NCBI GenBank assembly: GCA_001899175.1
Contig: MKVH01000002.1
Span: 287,702-351,701, forward strand
Source: Candidatus Kapaibacterium thiocyanatum
GTDB lineage: Bacteria > Bacteroidota > Ignavibacteria > Kapaibacteriales > Kapaibacteriaceae
Length of the DNA stretch: 64,000 nt
Direction: 5' to 3'
Each line of letters opens with the position of its first letter. Position 1 is the first letter of the stretch. A program made the translations under genes and the position numbers. Shown in pieces: positions 1-10,735 of the stretch. The notes under the pieces are model-generated. The model did not search any database, was not told the origin of the DNA, and was given only the letters and a program-made list of their open reading frames with translations.

Positions 1-631
1 AGAAGATCCCGTACCGCCGGGAGAAGGCACTCAGCGTATCCGTAAGATCGACCATGGCACTGTCCATGGCGTGAAGCCTGGTTTCCAGATAGCTCGTCGC
101 CTTCGTAGCTTCCTCGCGCTGGATGCGGTTGGCCAGATCGTTGGCGAAGCTCACGAACGTCGTGCACATCGTCACGGCCTTCTGCGGCTCGCGGCTCCAG
201 AAGGTGATCTCGTAATTGCCTTCGGCATGGAGGTTGATCTCGAGGTTCTTCTCCAGCTCCTCGCGGACGTACATCCGGGGCTTGCCCTCGAGTTCGTACT
301 CCTTCGCGAGGTCGAAGCGCGAGATCATCGAATCGCGCAGCGTACGGCTGTACAGCAGGACGATGAACTCGTAGCTGTCGCCTCCCTTGCCGCCGAGCTT
401 CGTCAGACCGAAGTCCTTGAGTGTGGAGGAAATGCCCCCCAGGGCTCCACCCAGCAATGAATTGTCGCTTTTCGGCGGAACGCAGTTGACGGTCGAACGG
501 AAGTATTCGGGCAACGTACGTGCATAGAGATAGGCACCTACGGCCGACACGACGGCGACGATCAGGATGATCCATTTGCGGCGCATCAGCATGCGCAGCA
601 ATGCTACCGTCGGGAAGGAAGCTTGGGACAT
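1..631 (-). CDS. Polysaccharide chain-length determinant (Wzz/GumC-like) protein, N-terminal part; 3' end lies beyond the window start
   Basis: The reverse-strand frame is open from ATG at 631 to the window edge. Its translation begins MSQASFPTVALLRMLMRRKWIILIVAVVSAVGAYLYARTLPEYFRSTVNCVPP..., the typical Wzz-type N-terminal TM anchor, and it sits beside the GT genes. The 71..460 (+) ORF is its antisense shadow. Confidence 0.5.
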   Translation of the reverse strand, partial: MSQASFPTVALLRMLMRRKWIILIVAVVSAVGAYLYARTLPEYFRSTVNCVPPKSDNSLLGGALGGISSTLKDFGLTKLGGKGGDSYEFIVLLYSRTLRDSMISRFDLAKEYELEGKPRMYVREELEKNLEINLHAEGNYEITFWSREPQKAVTMCTTFVSFANDLANRIQREEATKATSYLETRLHAMDSAMVDLTDTLSAFSRRYGIF

Positions 632-720
632 TCGGGTACTCGGGGATGGGACATCGACGTCAAAAATACAACGCATCCGACTGCGTCACCGCAGGTTCCT
701 GACGCAGATACTGGAGGATT

Positions 721-1860
721 ATGATAGTCGGCCTGAACGCCAGATTGCTGTTGCCGAGAAAAATGGAGGGAATAGGCTGGTATACCCACGAACTGTTCCG
801 CCGAATCGTGCAGAATCACCCGGAACACCGGTTCGTGATGATGTTCGACCGGAAGTGGGATCCACGCTTCATCTACGGGCCCAACGTCACTCCGGTTTCG
901 GCAGGACCCCAGGCCCGACGTCATGCCCTGTATTACATGTGGTACAACCTGAGCCTGCCCCGTATGCTCAGGAAGTACCGGTGCGACGTCCTGGTATCCC
1001 TGAACGGCTTCATCCCTCTGAAATCTCCCGTGCCCACCGTCAACGTCTTTCACGACATGGGCTATATCCACGTTCCGGAGCAGATCGAACCGATCACGCG
1101 TGCCTACTATCGCTGGATGTTCGCGGCCTGTGCCCGCGCTTCCACGCGGCTGGCCACGATATCGGAGTTCTCCCGCAGGGACATCTCCGAGAACTGCCAT
1201 ATTCCCGTCGACGGTATCTCGATCGTTTCCAACGGCGTGCGGGATATCTTCCATCCGCTCGACGAATCCGGGCGCCAGCAGGTGCGCGACAGGTTCTGCC
1301 GCGGCTTGCCGTTCTTCCTCTTCGTCGGAGTCCTTCAACCACGCAAGAACGTCGTCAACCTCCTTCGTGCCTTCGCACGGTTCAAGGCGGAAACGGCAAG
1401 CACCACATGCCTGCTCATCGCCGGACGACGCGGATGGAGGGACGATGCGATAGGGAAGACGTTCGAGGCGCTGCCGTGCAAGGACGACATCATCTTCACC
1501 GGATATCTCGAGGACGAAGATCTCGCCCGTGTGATGGCGGCTGCGACGGCACTCACCTTCGTACCGTTCTTCGAAGGATTCGGCGTGCCCGTCGTGGAGG
1601 CCATGGCGAGCGGAACACCCGTGCTCACGTCGAACGTGAGCTCGCTTCCCGAAGTCGCAGGCGATGCGGCGCTGATGGTGGACCCGCATGACGTGGAGGC
1701 CATGGTGGACGGCATGCGCCGTCTGGACGGCGACGCCGGACTCCGGGCGTCGTTACGGACGGCAGGCCTGGCCCGTGCGCCGATGTATTCGTGGGATCGT
1801 TCTGCGGAGCGGCTCTGGGAGTTGATCGAGGAGGCCGCCGCTACTTCCGTGCGACGATGA
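721..1860 (+). CDS. Glycosyltransferase family 4 (GT-B, EX7E motif region PFFEGFGVPVVEAMASGTPV)
   Basis: 379-aa ORF with strong GC3 bias and a C-terminal GT1/GT4 signature. Confidence 0.8.
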   Translation: MIVGLNARLLLPRKMEGIGWYTHELFRRIVQNHPEHRFVMMFDRKWDPRFIYGPNVTPVSAGPQARRHALYYMWYNLSLPRMLRKYRCDVLVSLNGFIPLKSPVPTVNVFHDMGYIHVPEQIEPITRAYYRWMFAACARASTRLATISEFSRRDISENCHIPVDGISIVSNGVRDIFHPLDESGRQQVRDRFCRGLPFFLFVGVLQPRKNVVNLLRAFARFKAETASTTCLLIAGRRGWRDDAIGKTFEALPCKDDIIFTGYLEDEDLARVMAAATALTFVPFFEGFGVPVVEAMASGTPVLTSNVSSLPEVAGDAALMVDPHDVEAMVDGMRRLDGDAGLRASLRTAGLARAPMYSWDRSAERLWELIEEAAATSVRR

Positions 1861-2569
1861 TCATGTTCGGCGTATCGAGATAGTAGGACTGTGGCATGCC
1901 GTAGACGATGCCGAGGATACGCCTGTGCAATGACGCAAAAGGGCGGACGATGCTTCTGATGGTCCGGGCAACGAGGTTGCCCCCGACGGGGGGTACGGGC
2001 AGAACTCCGACGTTCGTATACGGCAACGACGCGAACAGTTCGTTAGCCGAGAGCTTGTTCAGATGCAGTTCGTGCGTAAGGTCCCCGTAGGAGAGAACGG
2101 TGCCGAAGGCGGCATCGACATTCGGCGTACGCAGGATCAGCCGTCCACCGGGTGCCAGGGCCCGGTGACACGCCGACAGTACGGAAATGGCTTCGTTGCG
2201 GTTGAGATGTTCGATCACGTCGATCATCGTGATGCACTGGACGTCGCTCCGTTCGGCGAGCAGTTCCATGACGTCGCCTGCGCGGACGTTCCGCACACCG
2301 AGCGCACGGGCCGTGGTCACTTGTTCTTCACTCAGGTCGATTCCTTCGCACTTCTCGTAGCCCATGTCCTGAAGTAGCAGCAGGAAGGCGCCGTAGCCGC
2401 AGCCGAGGTCGATGACGTGAGCCGTACGTTCCGTCGGAAGGTAGCCGCATATCGTGGCACGATAGTCGTTCTGCTGGTTCGCCACGTTCGAGCGCAATGC
2501 GGCTTCGTCGGCGAAGCGGCCCTGGACCGTCGTGTACTGTCCGTACAAGTGCTGCCTGTAGTCCGTCAT
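1841..2569 (-). CDS. Class I SAM-dependent methyltransferase
   Basis: Motif I VIDLGCGYGAFLLLL. 4-bp ATGA stop/start overlap with the upstream GT4 on the same strand. Confidence 0.75.
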   Translation of the reverse strand: MTDYRQHLYGQYTTVQGRFADEAALRSNVANQQNDYRATICGYLPTERTAHVIDLGCGYGAFLLLLQDMGYEKCEGIDLSEEQVTTARALGVRNVRAGDVMELLAERSDVQCITMIDVIEHLNRNEAISVLSACHRALAPGGRLILRTPNVDAAFGTVLSYGDLTHELHLNKLSANELFASLPYTNVGVLPVPPVGGNLVARTIRSIVRPFASLHRRILGIVYGMPQSYYLDTPNMIIVARK

Positions 2570-3753
2570 CGTTTCCTCGTTGGCAAGGTTTCGTATACGC
2601 CGGCGATGGCCTCGGCGAGACGTTCGTTCGTGTAGTGCTGGTGTACGCGCCGCTCGCCTGCGATGGCGAGGCGCCGACGCTCGTCCGGGTCGTCGCGCAT
2701 TCGTACGATGGCGTTGGCCAGTGCCTGTGCGTCACCTTCGGGCGTGACGATACCGGCATCACCGATGACCCACGGAATCTCGCCGGAATCCGAGCCGATC
2801 ACCGGAACCCTGCATGCCATGGCCTCGATGATGACGCGGCCGAACTGCTCGCGCCAGTGCGGTGCAGAGAGCGAGGGAACCGTGAGGACGTCGAAGGCAT
2901 TCAGGATGTCGGGAACCTCCCGCGCCGGTACTCCGGCAAGGAAGCGGATGTTGTCGGCGACACCACTGTTCCTCGCACGTTCGCGTACGGCATCGGCATA
3001 GTCTCCATCGCCGAGAATGGCCACGGTGATGCCTTTATCCTTCGTCATCGTGAGCGCGTCGACGAGTACGTCGAGTCCCTTCATCCGCATCACGCGTCCG
3101 ACGAAACCCACGACGAGGCTATTGCCGTGCAGGCCGAGACGTTCGCGTACCGCATCGCGGCGGTCGGGGAGCGGACGATACAGCCCGGGGTCGACACCGT
3201 ACTGCGGAATGAGCGATACGGGGCCTTCATAGCCGAGCTTCCGGTATTCCGGTTCGGCATCGTGCGTTCCCGCGATGATGGCGTCGAGGTGCGGTATCGT
3301 GATGCCCTGCAACAGGGAGAACAGGATGCGTTTCGGATGCCATAGGGGCCAGTGCGGATAGGGCATGGGCCAGTTGCGCCAGGTGAAGCCGACGATGGAC
3401 GGCGGACGTTTCATGCGCAGTGCGTGGCGTACGAGCTGCACGGAAACGAGGCTTTCCGGCTCTTCCTCGAGATGGAGGATGTCGGGGCGAACGGTGCGGA
3501 AGACGGAACGCAGTCCACGGAACCAGAAGCCGTTCTGCCGTCCCCGTTCCGCGAATGGCGCAGGGCGCGTGATCACTCGATAGGTGCCGTCACCCTTGTA
3601 TGCTTCGACGACGCGATTGCCTTCGCGATACCGTTCCGGTAACAGCAACGTCAGCTCGATACCGGGCTGACGTGCGAGATGACGGAGTTTGTCCTGATAG
3701 ACGTCCACGACGGAAGAGTGGGAAACGAGCAGGACACGACGGGGTTCGGACAT
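2566..3753 (-). CDS. Glycosyltransferase family 4
   Basis: GT4 signature GFVGRVMRMKGLDVL...EQFGRVIIEAMACRVPVIGSD. Start chosen at internal Met (MSEPRRVLLVSHSS) because the longer ORF to 3966 would overlap the divergent GT4. Confidence 0.7.
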   Translation of the reverse strand: MSEPRRVLLVSHSSVVDVYQDKLRHLARQPGIELTLLLPERYREGNRVVEAYKGDGTYRVITRPAPFAERGRQNGFWFRGLRSVFRTVRPDILHLEEEPESLVSVQLVRHALRMKRPPSIVGFTWRNWPMPYPHWPLWHPKRILFSLLQGITIPHLDAIIAGTHDAEPEYRKLGYEGPVSLIPQYGVDPGLYRPLPDRRDAVRERLGLHGNSLVVGFVGRVMRMKGLDVLVDALTMTKDKGITVAILGDGDYADAVRERARNSGVADNIRFLAGVPAREVPDILNAFDVLTVPSLSAPHWREQFGRVIIEAMACRVPVIGSDSGEIPWVIGDAGIVTPEGDAQALANAIVRMRDDPDERRRLAIAGERRVHQHYTNERLAEAIAGVYETLPTRKR

Positions 3754-3789
3754 ACGGGCAAAGATACGGGCTATATTTGCGGCTTCATC

Positions 3790-5049
3790 ATGCGCATTCT
3801 CGTCATCCTTCCACGCATTCCGTATCCGCCTCGCGATGGCGGCGCCATCGTCATGTTCGAAACCGTGCGTGAACTGACGAAGGCTGGTCACGATGTCGAT
3901 GTCTTCGTGCTGAATACGTCGCGGCACCGGCAACCGCCGGGCGTCGTGGCGGATATCTGCTCCCACGTCGTATCCGTCGACATCGATACGGAGATCACGG
4001 CACCCGGTGCGCTGAAGAATCTGTTCATGCCGCGGCGTGTATCGTCCGATGGCGGAACGATTCCACTATCGTATTGGCTCGAGCGTTTCGTCAGCGATGC
4101 CGCACTCGGCCGCCTCTTCGACCTCCTCGACGAGCGTGGTCCCTACGACGTCATCCAGTGCGAGTCACTGTTCACCGCCTGGTATGGCCTGGCGATACGC
4201 AGGGCGGGCCGCGCATGGAGTGACACTCCCGTCGTCCTGCGAGCCCACAACGTCGAGCACAGGATCATGGAGCGCCTTGCCGGTGAGCGGCGGCTTTCGG
4301 TGATGGAGCGCAGATACCGACGCCATCTGGCGGAGAGGACGAAGCGATTCGAAATGGAGGCCGTGCGCGCCCTGTCGGGGGTGGCGGCGATCTCTCCCGA
4401 CGATGCCGCGTGGTTCCGGTCGGTGGCACCCGGTACCGTCGTCGACGTCGTCATGCCGGGAATCATGATGCCACCGGACGATACCCTCGACGCCATCGAG
4501 GTGGAGCCCTTCACGCTCTGCATCCTTTCCAGCATGGAATGGGCGCCGAACGTCGAAGGTGCGATATGGTTCATCGAGCGGGTCATGCCATCGATCGTCG
4601 AGCGGCTGCCCCAGGCCGTGCTGCATGTCGCTGGGCGGAATCCCGGCGCGGATATCCTGGCCCTGCATGACGGTCGGCATGTCGTCGTCCACGGCGAGAT
4701 CGACGACGCGCTCGTCTTTCGCCGAAGCAAGGCCGTTTCCGTCGTTCCGCTCTTCAGCGGCAGCGGTGTACGGATCAAGATCATCGAATCGATGGCCGCG
4801 GGTGTCGCACTCGTGACGACGAGTGTCGGTGCCGAGGGGCTGCCGGTCGTCAACGGCGGCCAGGTCGTCATCGCCGATGACATCGGGAGTTTCGCCGATG
4901 CCTGCGTGGATCTGCTGGTCAATGGTGAGCATGCTCGGGCGATGGGAGAACGGGGGCGTGCCTTCGCGAAGGCAGAATTCTCGTGGGATCGCAGGGTGAA
5001 GGATCTCGTCGGCCTCTATCGTGCCGTCATATCGCCTGCAGGCGGGTGA
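3790..5049 (+). CDS. Glycosyltransferase family 4
   Basis: [29 protein letters not shown]... N-terminus plus C-terminal GT4 fold. Diverges from the preceding GT4 with a ~36-bp spacer. Confidence 0.7.
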   Translation: MRILVILPRIPYPPRDGGAIVMFETVRELTKAGHDVDVFVLNTSRHRQPPGVVADICSHVVSVDIDTEITAPGALKNLFMPRRVSSDGGTIPLSYWLERFVSDAALGRLFDLLDERGPYDVIQCESLFTAWYGLAIRRAGRAWSDTPVVLRAHNVEHRIMERLAGERRLSVMERRYRRHLAERTKRFEMEAVRALSGVAAISPDDAAWFRSVAPGTVVDVVMPGIMMPPDDTLDAIEVEPFTLCILSSMEWAPNVEGAIWFIERVMPSIVERLPQAVLHVAGRNPGADILALHDGRHVVVHGEIDDALVFRRSKAVSVVPLFSGSGVRIKIIESMAAGVALVTTSVGAEGLPVVNGGQVVIADDIGSFADACVDLLVNGEHARAMGERGRAFAKAEFSWDRRVKDLVGLYRAVISPAGG

Positions 5050-7048
5050 TCTCGTCCCGAAGTTCGGCTGCGCGTTCGAAGTCCAGGTCGCGGGCGGCGT
5101 TCTTCATCTCCACGAACATCTGGTCGATCATTTCCTTGCGCTGTTCGGGCGTGAGGTACTTCGCGATGGGCTCCGCAGCACGCTTCAGGCGGGCATGTTC
5201 CTTTTCGGCCTGACGTTCCACACGCTTCGTCTGCATGTCCGCTACCGATGTGGATTCGAGTATCTCTTCGAGAGATTTATAAACTGTCTTAGGATCGATG
5301 CCGTGTTCCCGGTTGTAGTCTTCCTGCAGGGCACGACGGCGATTCGTCTCGTCCATCACTGCCTTCATCGAATTGGTGATGCGGTCAGCGTAGAAGATGA
5401 CGAGGCCGTTGGCGTTACGGGCCGTCCGTCCTGCCGTCTGCATGAGTGAACGTTCGCTGCGTAGGAAACCCTCCTTGTCGGCATCGAGAATGGCCACCAG
5501 GGTCACCTCGGGCATGTCGAGGCCTTCGCGCAGGAGGTTGACGCCGATGAGGACGTCGAACTGTCCGAGACGCAGATTGCGGATGATCTCCACACGTTCC
5601 AGCGAGTCGACGTCGGAATGGATGTAGGCTACGCGGATGTTCAGGTTGTGGAGGTAGTCGGTGAGGTCCTCGGCCATCCGCTTCGTCAGCGTCGTCACGA
5701 GGATACGTTCGCTTCTCGTCACGCGATCCCGGATCTCGCCCAGCAGGTCGTCGATCTGGTTCTTCACCGGACGTACGTCGATGTGGGGATCGAGCAGGCC
5801 GGTAGGACGGATCACCTGTTCGACGACGACGCCCATGCTCTTCTCGAGTTCGTACGTGCCCGGCGTGGCGCTCACGTAGATGGCCTGGTTGACGTGGGCC
5901 TCGAACTCCTCGAACTTGAGCGGACGGTTCTCCAGTGCGCTCGGCAGGCGGAAGCCGTGCTCCACGAGCGTCGTCTTGCGCACGCGGTCGCCGTTGTACA
6001 TGGCGCGTACCTGCGGGACCGTGACGTGGCTCTCGTCGATGACGAGCAGGAAGTCGTCGGGGAAGTAGTCGAGCAGGCAGTTCGGCTTGTCGCCGGGCTT
6101 GCGTCCGCTCAGATGCATGGAATAGTTCTCGATACCGGAACAGTATCCCACTTCCTTCATCATCTCGATGTCGAAGAGCGTCCGCTGTTCGAGGCGTTGT
6201 GCTTCGAGCAGCTTGCCCATGTCGCGCAGTTCCTTCAGACGGTGCACGAGCTCGTCCTTGATGTCGACGATGGCACGGGCGAGGTTCGACTGCGAGGTCA
6301 CGAAGAGGCGTGCAGGATAGAGGAGCATGGAGCCGATGCGTTCGAGCACCTTGCCGTCGCGGCGGTCGATCCACGAGACCTTCTCGATCTCGTCGCCGAA
6401 ATACTCCACGCGGATGGCACGGTTGTCTTCATAAGCGGGCATGATGTCCACCACGTCTCCGCGTACACGGAACGTGCCGCGGGCGAACTCGAAGTCGTTC
6501 CTCGAATAGTGGATGTCGGACAATCGATACAGCAGTTTCTGTCTGCTGAGTTCCATGCCTTCCTTGATCAACAGCAACTGGTCCTTGAAGTCCTCCTTCG
6601 CACCGATGCCGTAGATGCAGGAGACCGAGGCGACGACGATCGTATCGCGCCGGCCTTCCACCAGGGCGCTCGTGGCGCGGAGGCGGAGCCGGTCGATCTC
6701 GTCGTTGATGGAGAAGTCCTTGTCGATGAACACGTCCGTCGACGGGATGTAGGCCTCGGGCTGGTAGTAGTCGTAGTAGGAGATGAAGAATTCGACGGCG
6801 TTGTTGGGGAAGAAGCTCTTGAATTCACCGTAGAGCTGGGCGGCCAGGGTCTTGTTCGGCGAGATGACGAGGGTGGGCCGCTGGATCTCGCTGATGACGT
6901 TCGAGACGGTGAAGGTCTTTCCGGAACCCGTCACCCCTAGCAGCGTCTGATGCTGCTGGCCGGAACGCAGCCCTTCCAGCAGTTCGGCGATGGCCTTGGG
7001 CTGATCGCCCGACGGTGCGTACTTGGTCTGGAGCTGAAAATCTGACAT
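5027..7048 (-). CDS. uvrB: Excinuclease ABC subunit B
   Basis: 673 aa. N-terminus [27 protein letters not shown], Walker [11 protein letters not shown], helicase motifs, C-terminal UvrB/UvrC interaction helix ...[10 protein letters not shown]. Confidence 0.97.
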   Translation of the reverse strand: MSDFQLQTKYAPSGDQPKAIAELLEGLRSGQQHQTLLGVTGSGKTFTVSNVISEIQRPTLVISPNKTLAAQLYGEFKSFFPNNAVEFFISYYDYYQPEAYIPSTDVFIDKDFSINDEIDRLRLRATSALVEGRRDTIVVASVSCIYGIGAKEDFKDQLLLIKEGMELSRQKLLYRLSDIHYSRNDFEFARGTFRVRGDVVDIMPAYEDNRAIRVEYFGDEIEKVSWIDRRDGKVLERIGSMLLYPARLFVTSQSNLARAIVDIKDELVHRLKELRDMGKLLEAQRLEQRTLFDIEMMKEVGYCSGIENYSMHLSGRKPGDKPNCLLDYFPDDFLLVIDESHVTVPQVRAMYNGDRVRKTTLVEHGFRLPSALENRPLKFEEFEAHVNQAIYVSATPGTYELEKSMGVVVEQVIRPTGLLDPHIDVRPVKNQIDDLLGEIRDRVTRSERILVTTLTKRMAEDLTDYLHNLNIRVAYIHSDVDSLERVEIIRNLRLGQFDVLIGVNLLREGLDMPEVTLVAILDADKEGFLRSERSLMQTAGRTARNANGLVIFYADRITNSMKAVMDETNRRRALQEDYNREHGIDPKTVYKSLEEILESTSVADMQTKRVERQAEKEHARLKRAAEPIAKYLTPEQRKEMIDQMFVEMKNAARDLDFERAAELRDEITRLQAI

Positions 7049-7253
7049 GGGAGCGTGTCCGAAACGAAAACAAGCCGTTATGATACGTCGGAAACCACAT
7101 CAACACCAAAAAACCTTCTAAGTGCCTTATCTGTCAACGTTCACCGAGAACAATGACAAAAAATTCATTGAAGAGGGGGTGTTCGGAGCCGTATTTTTGC
7201 CCTCTTTGAACCGCGGCGAAGTACGCGGAATCCAGCGTCTGCAAGGAGAACCC

Positions 7254-8300
7254 ATGAAATTGTCGGAATTTAAATTCACGGTCCCCAAGGCATCCGTTGC
7301 CAAATTTCCTTCCGATCCCCGTGAGGCCTCCAAGATGATGGTGGTCAACCGTGAGACCGGTGAAATCGAAGACCGGGAATTCAAGGACATTCTGAGTTTC
7401 TTCGACAAGGGCGACGTCATCGTGGTGAACGAGACGAAGGTGTTCCCGGCTCGGCTGTTCGGCAAGAAGGAAAAGACGAATGCGAAGATCGAGGTAATGC
7501 TGCTGCGCGAGCTGAAGGCCCAGGAGCGTATATGGGACGTCCTCGTCGAGCCCGCACGCAAGGTACGGATCGGTAACAAGATCTACTTCGACAACAACCG
7601 GTTCTATTGCGAAATCATCGATAACACGACGTCGCGTGGTCGTACGGTGCGTTTCTCGTACGATGGTGACCTCCATCAGGTGATCGAACGCATCGGCCAG
7701 ATGCCGCTGCCCGAATACATCAAGCGCGAGCCCACGGAGCTCGACAAGGAAACGTATCAGTGCGTCTTCGCCAATCCGGACAAGGTAGGCTCCATCGCTC
7801 CGCCGACGTCGGGCCTGCATTTCTCCGAGAAGCTCCTCAAGGCAGCCGAGAAGAAGGGGGTCAAGGTCGCGCGCGTCACGTTGAACATCGGTCAGGGAAT
7901 CTTCGAGACGATCGAAGTGGAAGATCTCACCAAGCACCGCATGTACAGTGAATACTTCGAGATCTCGAAGGATGCCGCCGACACGATCAACAAGGCCCTG
8001 AAGTCAAAGAAGAACGTCTATGCCGTCGGCTGCAGCGTCGTACGCGCCCTGGAGTCGAGCGTTCTCACGAGCGGTATCGTGAAGCCCAACCGCGGATGGA
8101 CGGACAAGTTCATCCATCCTCCCTACGAATTCAAGATCGCCAACCGCTTCATCACCAACTTCCACCTTCCGGCATCGCCGTCGCTGCTCCTGGCAACGGC
8201 CTATGCAGGTGGCAAGGACACGATCTTCAAGGCCTACAAGCGTGCCATGAAGAGCGAGTACAGGTTCTTCGCCTACGGTGACGCGATGCTGATCATCTGA
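7254..8300 (+). CDS. queA: S-adenosylmethionine:tRNA ribosyltransferase-isomerase
   Basis: MKLSEFKFTVPKASVAKFP...VVNETKVFPARLFG... is a classic QueA N-terminus. AAGGAG-like RBS at 7242-7249. Confidence 0.9.
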   Translation: MKLSEFKFTVPKASVAKFPSDPREASKMMVVNRETGEIEDREFKDILSFFDKGDVIVVNETKVFPARLFGKKEKTNAKIEVMLLRELKAQERIWDVLVEPARKVRIGNKIYFDNNRFYCEIIDNTTSRGRTVRFSYDGDLHQVIERIGQMPLPEYIKREPTELDKETYQCVFANPDKVGSIAPPTSGLHFSEKLLKAAEKKGVKVARVTLNIGQGIFETIEVEDLTKHRMYSEYFEISKDAADTINKALKSKKNVYAVGCSVVRALESSVLTSGIVKPNRGWTDKFIHPPYEFKIANRFITNFHLPASPSLLLATAYAGGKDTIFKAYKRAMKSEYRFFAYGDAMLII

Positions 8301-8344
8301 CGGTCGGTGTACCAATGAGCGAACATTTGTCAACAGGGTGTACC

Positions 8345-9841
8345 ATGGAAGACTACAACCGGCTGAAGAAAATCATGAATACCGTCAGCGATCTCGGATC
8401 GGCCGTGGCGGTACTCGGATGGGACCAGGAAACGTACATGCCCGACGGTGCCGTCGAAGCCCGTTCGGAGCAACTCGCGACGCTGTCGACGCTGATCCAC
8501 GATTTCATGACGAACGATGCCGCGCGCGCGGCCGTGGCCGCCGTGCCCAGCTATATCGGGACGCTGAGCGACCGCGATCAACGCGTGGTGAAGACCTTCG
8601 TCAAGGATCATACGCGCACGATCCGGTTGCCGGCAGATCTCGTCGAGGAACAGGCCCGCGTGGCCTCGCTCGCACAGGATGCATGGAAGCGTGCACGCCA
8701 GGCCAGCGACTTCTCGATCTTCCAGCCGATGCTCGAGCGCACGGTCGACCTCAAGCGCCGTGAAGCCGAGCTGCTCGGTCCTGCCGATCATCCCTACGAC
8801 AATCTGATCGATACCTACGAACCCTCCGCTACGGTGGGGTCGCTGACGCCCGTCTTCGACAGGCTGCGCGCCGGTACGGTCGATCTTCTGTCGAAGATCG
8901 GTCCGCTCCAGGACAAGGTCCCGGACGATGTGCTCTACCGCACCTACGACGGGAACAAGCAACTGGACATGGCCAGGCAGATCATCGACATCCTCGGCTT
9001 CCGGTTCGAGACCGGCCGTATCGATCTCTCCGCACATCCGTTCTGCACGACGTTCGCCATCTCCGATGTGCGCCTCACGACGCGTATCCGCGAGAACGAT
9101 CTGCGTTCCTGCCTCTTCGGCCTTATCCATGAGGCAGGGCACGGCATGTACGAACAGGGCGTATCCCGCGAACTGGCGCGCACTCCGTCGGCGCAGGGTG
9201 CCAGCATGGGCATCCACGAATCGCAGTCCCTCTTCTGGGAGAACGTCATCGCACGCAGCGAGGAGTTCTGGCAATGGGCCTTCCCGCGGTTGCGCGCGGC
9301 CTTCCCGGATCAACTGGCCGACCAGACGCCGGAGTCGTTCTTCAAGGCCATCAACAAGATGCGTCCGTCGCTCAACCGTGTGGAAAGCGACGAACTCACC
9401 TACAACATGCACATCATCCTCCGCTTCGAGATCGAACGCGACCTCATCGGTGGCACCATCGAAGTGAAGGACATTCCCGAACTCTGGCGCACGAAGATGC
9501 AGGCGTCGCTCGGCGTCGTTCCTCCGAACGATGCGGAAGGCTGTCTGCAGGACGTCCACTGGTCCTTCGGTGGTATCGGATACTTCCCGTCCTATACGCT
9601 CGGCAAGCTCTACGCAGCCATGGAGTGGAATGCGCTCGAACGGCAGATGCCGGACGCACGTACGCGCATCGTCAACGGCGACTTCGCTCCCATCCGCGAA
9701 TGGCTCCGCACGCATATCCACGATAACGGCCGTACGGAAACGCCCGACGAGATCATCCGTCGCGTCGCAAGCCGTCCGCTGACGGAAGTGGACTTCCTCG
9801 ACTATGTCGGCCGCAAGGCCGCGCGTGTCTACGGATTCTGA
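8345..9841 (+). CDS. Carboxypeptidase, M32 (Taq) family
   Basis: HEAGHGMYEQG (HExxH) motif and Taq-carboxypeptidase-like N-terminus (WDQETYMP). Alternative start at 8315. Confidence 0.85.
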   Translation: MEDYNRLKKIMNTVSDLGSAVAVLGWDQETYMPDGAVEARSEQLATLSTLIHDFMTNDAARAAVAAVPSYIGTLSDRDQRVVKTFVKDHTRTIRLPADLVEEQARVASLAQDAWKRARQASDFSIFQPMLERTVDLKRREAELLGPADHPYDNLIDTYEPSATVGSLTPVFDRLRAGTVDLLSKIGPLQDKVPDDVLYRTYDGNKQLDMARQIIDILGFRFETGRIDLSAHPFCTTFAISDVRLTTRIRENDLRSCLFGLIHEAGHGMYEQGVSRELARTPSAQGASMGIHESQSLFWENVIARSEEFWQWAFPRLRAAFPDQLADQTPESFFKAINKMRPSLNRVESDELTYNMHIILRFEIERDLIGGTIEVKDIPELWRTKMQASLGVVPPNDAEGCLQDVHWSFGGIGYFPSYTLGKLYAAMEWNALERQMPDARTRIVNGDFAPIREWLRTHIHDNGRTETPDEIIRRVASRPLTEVDFLDYVGRKAARVYGF

Positions 9842-9842
9842 G

Positions 9843-10553
9843 ATGGACTTCGGCGAGCGTGTCGCGCGATTCCTGACGACGCTGAAACTCGACGTGGACC
9901 TTCCCGAAGGATTCGAAGTCCTCGATCCGTATCGCGATGCGGAAGTGCGTCGTGTCGTTCGTGAGTTCTGCGGCAGGTATTATGCGAGCGGTCACGCACG
10001 TATCGGTGTCTGGGGAATCAATCCCGGGCGTTTCGGTGCAGGCGTCACCGGACTCTCGTTCACCGATCCCGTATCGCTGAGCGATCAGCTCGGAATCGCG
10101 ACGTCGATCGGAGGTCGACGCGAGCTGTCGGCGGAGTTCATCGGCATGGTGATCGATGCCTACGGCGGTCCGCAACGATGGTACCACGACGTCTTCCTCT
10201 CGGCGCTCAGTCCGCTGGGCTTCGTGCGGGATGGCGTCAACATCAACTTCTACGACGATCGCACGCTCGAACGGAACATCGTGCCCTTCGTTCTGGACGG
10301 ACAACGGGCGATGATCGAAGCCGGTGTGGCGAAGTCCGGCTGTGTGATCCTCGGCAGCGGCAAGCTCAAGTCGTTCGTCCAGCGCTACGTCCAGCCCGTG
10401 ATCGGCTACGACGACGTGCACTATCTTGATCATCCGAGATTCATCATGCAGTATCGGCGCAAGCAGGTGACGTCCTACGTCGAGCGCTACGTGACGACAA
10501 TTCGTGGCCTCGTCGAAAAAACGTTCTTGCACGAAAGGGCATCCGCGTCGTAA
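9843..10553 (+). CDS. Uracil-DNA glycosylase superfamily protein (DUF4918-like)
   Basis: GINPGRFGAGVTGLSFTDP motif resembling the UDG fold. The ORF begins 2 nt after the M32 stop. The opposite-strand 259-aa ORF is a D/E/R-rich shadow. Confidence 0.5.
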   Translation: MDFGERVARFLTTLKLDVDLPEGFEVLDPYRDAEVRRVVREFCGRYYASGHARIGVWGINPGRFGAGVTGLSFTDPVSLSDQLGIATSIGGRRELSAEFIGMVIDAYGGPQRWYHDVFLSALSPLGFVRDGVNINFYDDRTLERNIVPFVLDGQRAMIEAGVAKSGCVILGSGKLKSFVQRYVQPVIGYDDVHYLDHPRFIMQYRRKQVTSYVERYVTTIRGLVEKTFLHERASAS

Positions 10554-10574
10554 CTTTGTACTCTTAATGAGCGC

Positions 10575-10650
10575 GCCAACGTAGCTCAGCTGGTAGAGCA
10601 GCTCATTCGTAATGAGCAGGTCACCGGTTCAAGTCCGGTCGTTGGCTCCA
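10575..10650 (+). tRNA. tRNA-Thr (anticodon CGU)
   Basis: Manually folded 76-nt cloverleaf: acceptor gccaacg/cgttggc, D-arm gctc-agctggta-gagc, anticodon arm gctca-ttCGTaa-tgagc, T-arm accgg-ttcaagt-ccggt, discriminator T and encoded CCA. Confidence 0.85.
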
Positions 10651-10654
10651 CGAC

Positions 10655-10689
10655 AAGCCCTTGGATCACGTGATCTCAAGGGCTTTTTC
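10655..10689 (+). terminator. Rho-independent terminator after tRNA-Thr
   Basis: Hairpin aagcccttg ... caagggctt followed by TTTTT. Confidence 0.6.
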
Positions 10690-10735
10690 GTTATCCGATG
10701 GGTGGGTCACGGTGGAACGGAAAAGGAGAGGGTGA

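Noticed and set aside
71-460. 129-aa plus-strand ORF at window start
   Set aside because: The opposite strand encodes a convincing Wzz-like N-terminus with TM anchor, so this is its shadow.
567-1691. 374-aa (+) and 361-aa (-) ORFs overlapping the first GT4
   Set aside because: Alternative-frame shadows. Only frame 721..1860 (+) carries GT4 motifs and GC3 bias.
9753-10532. 259-aa minus-strand ORF opposite the UDG-like gene
   Set aside because: D/E/R-rich antisense composition, while the plus-strand frame carries the UDG-like GINPGRFG motif.
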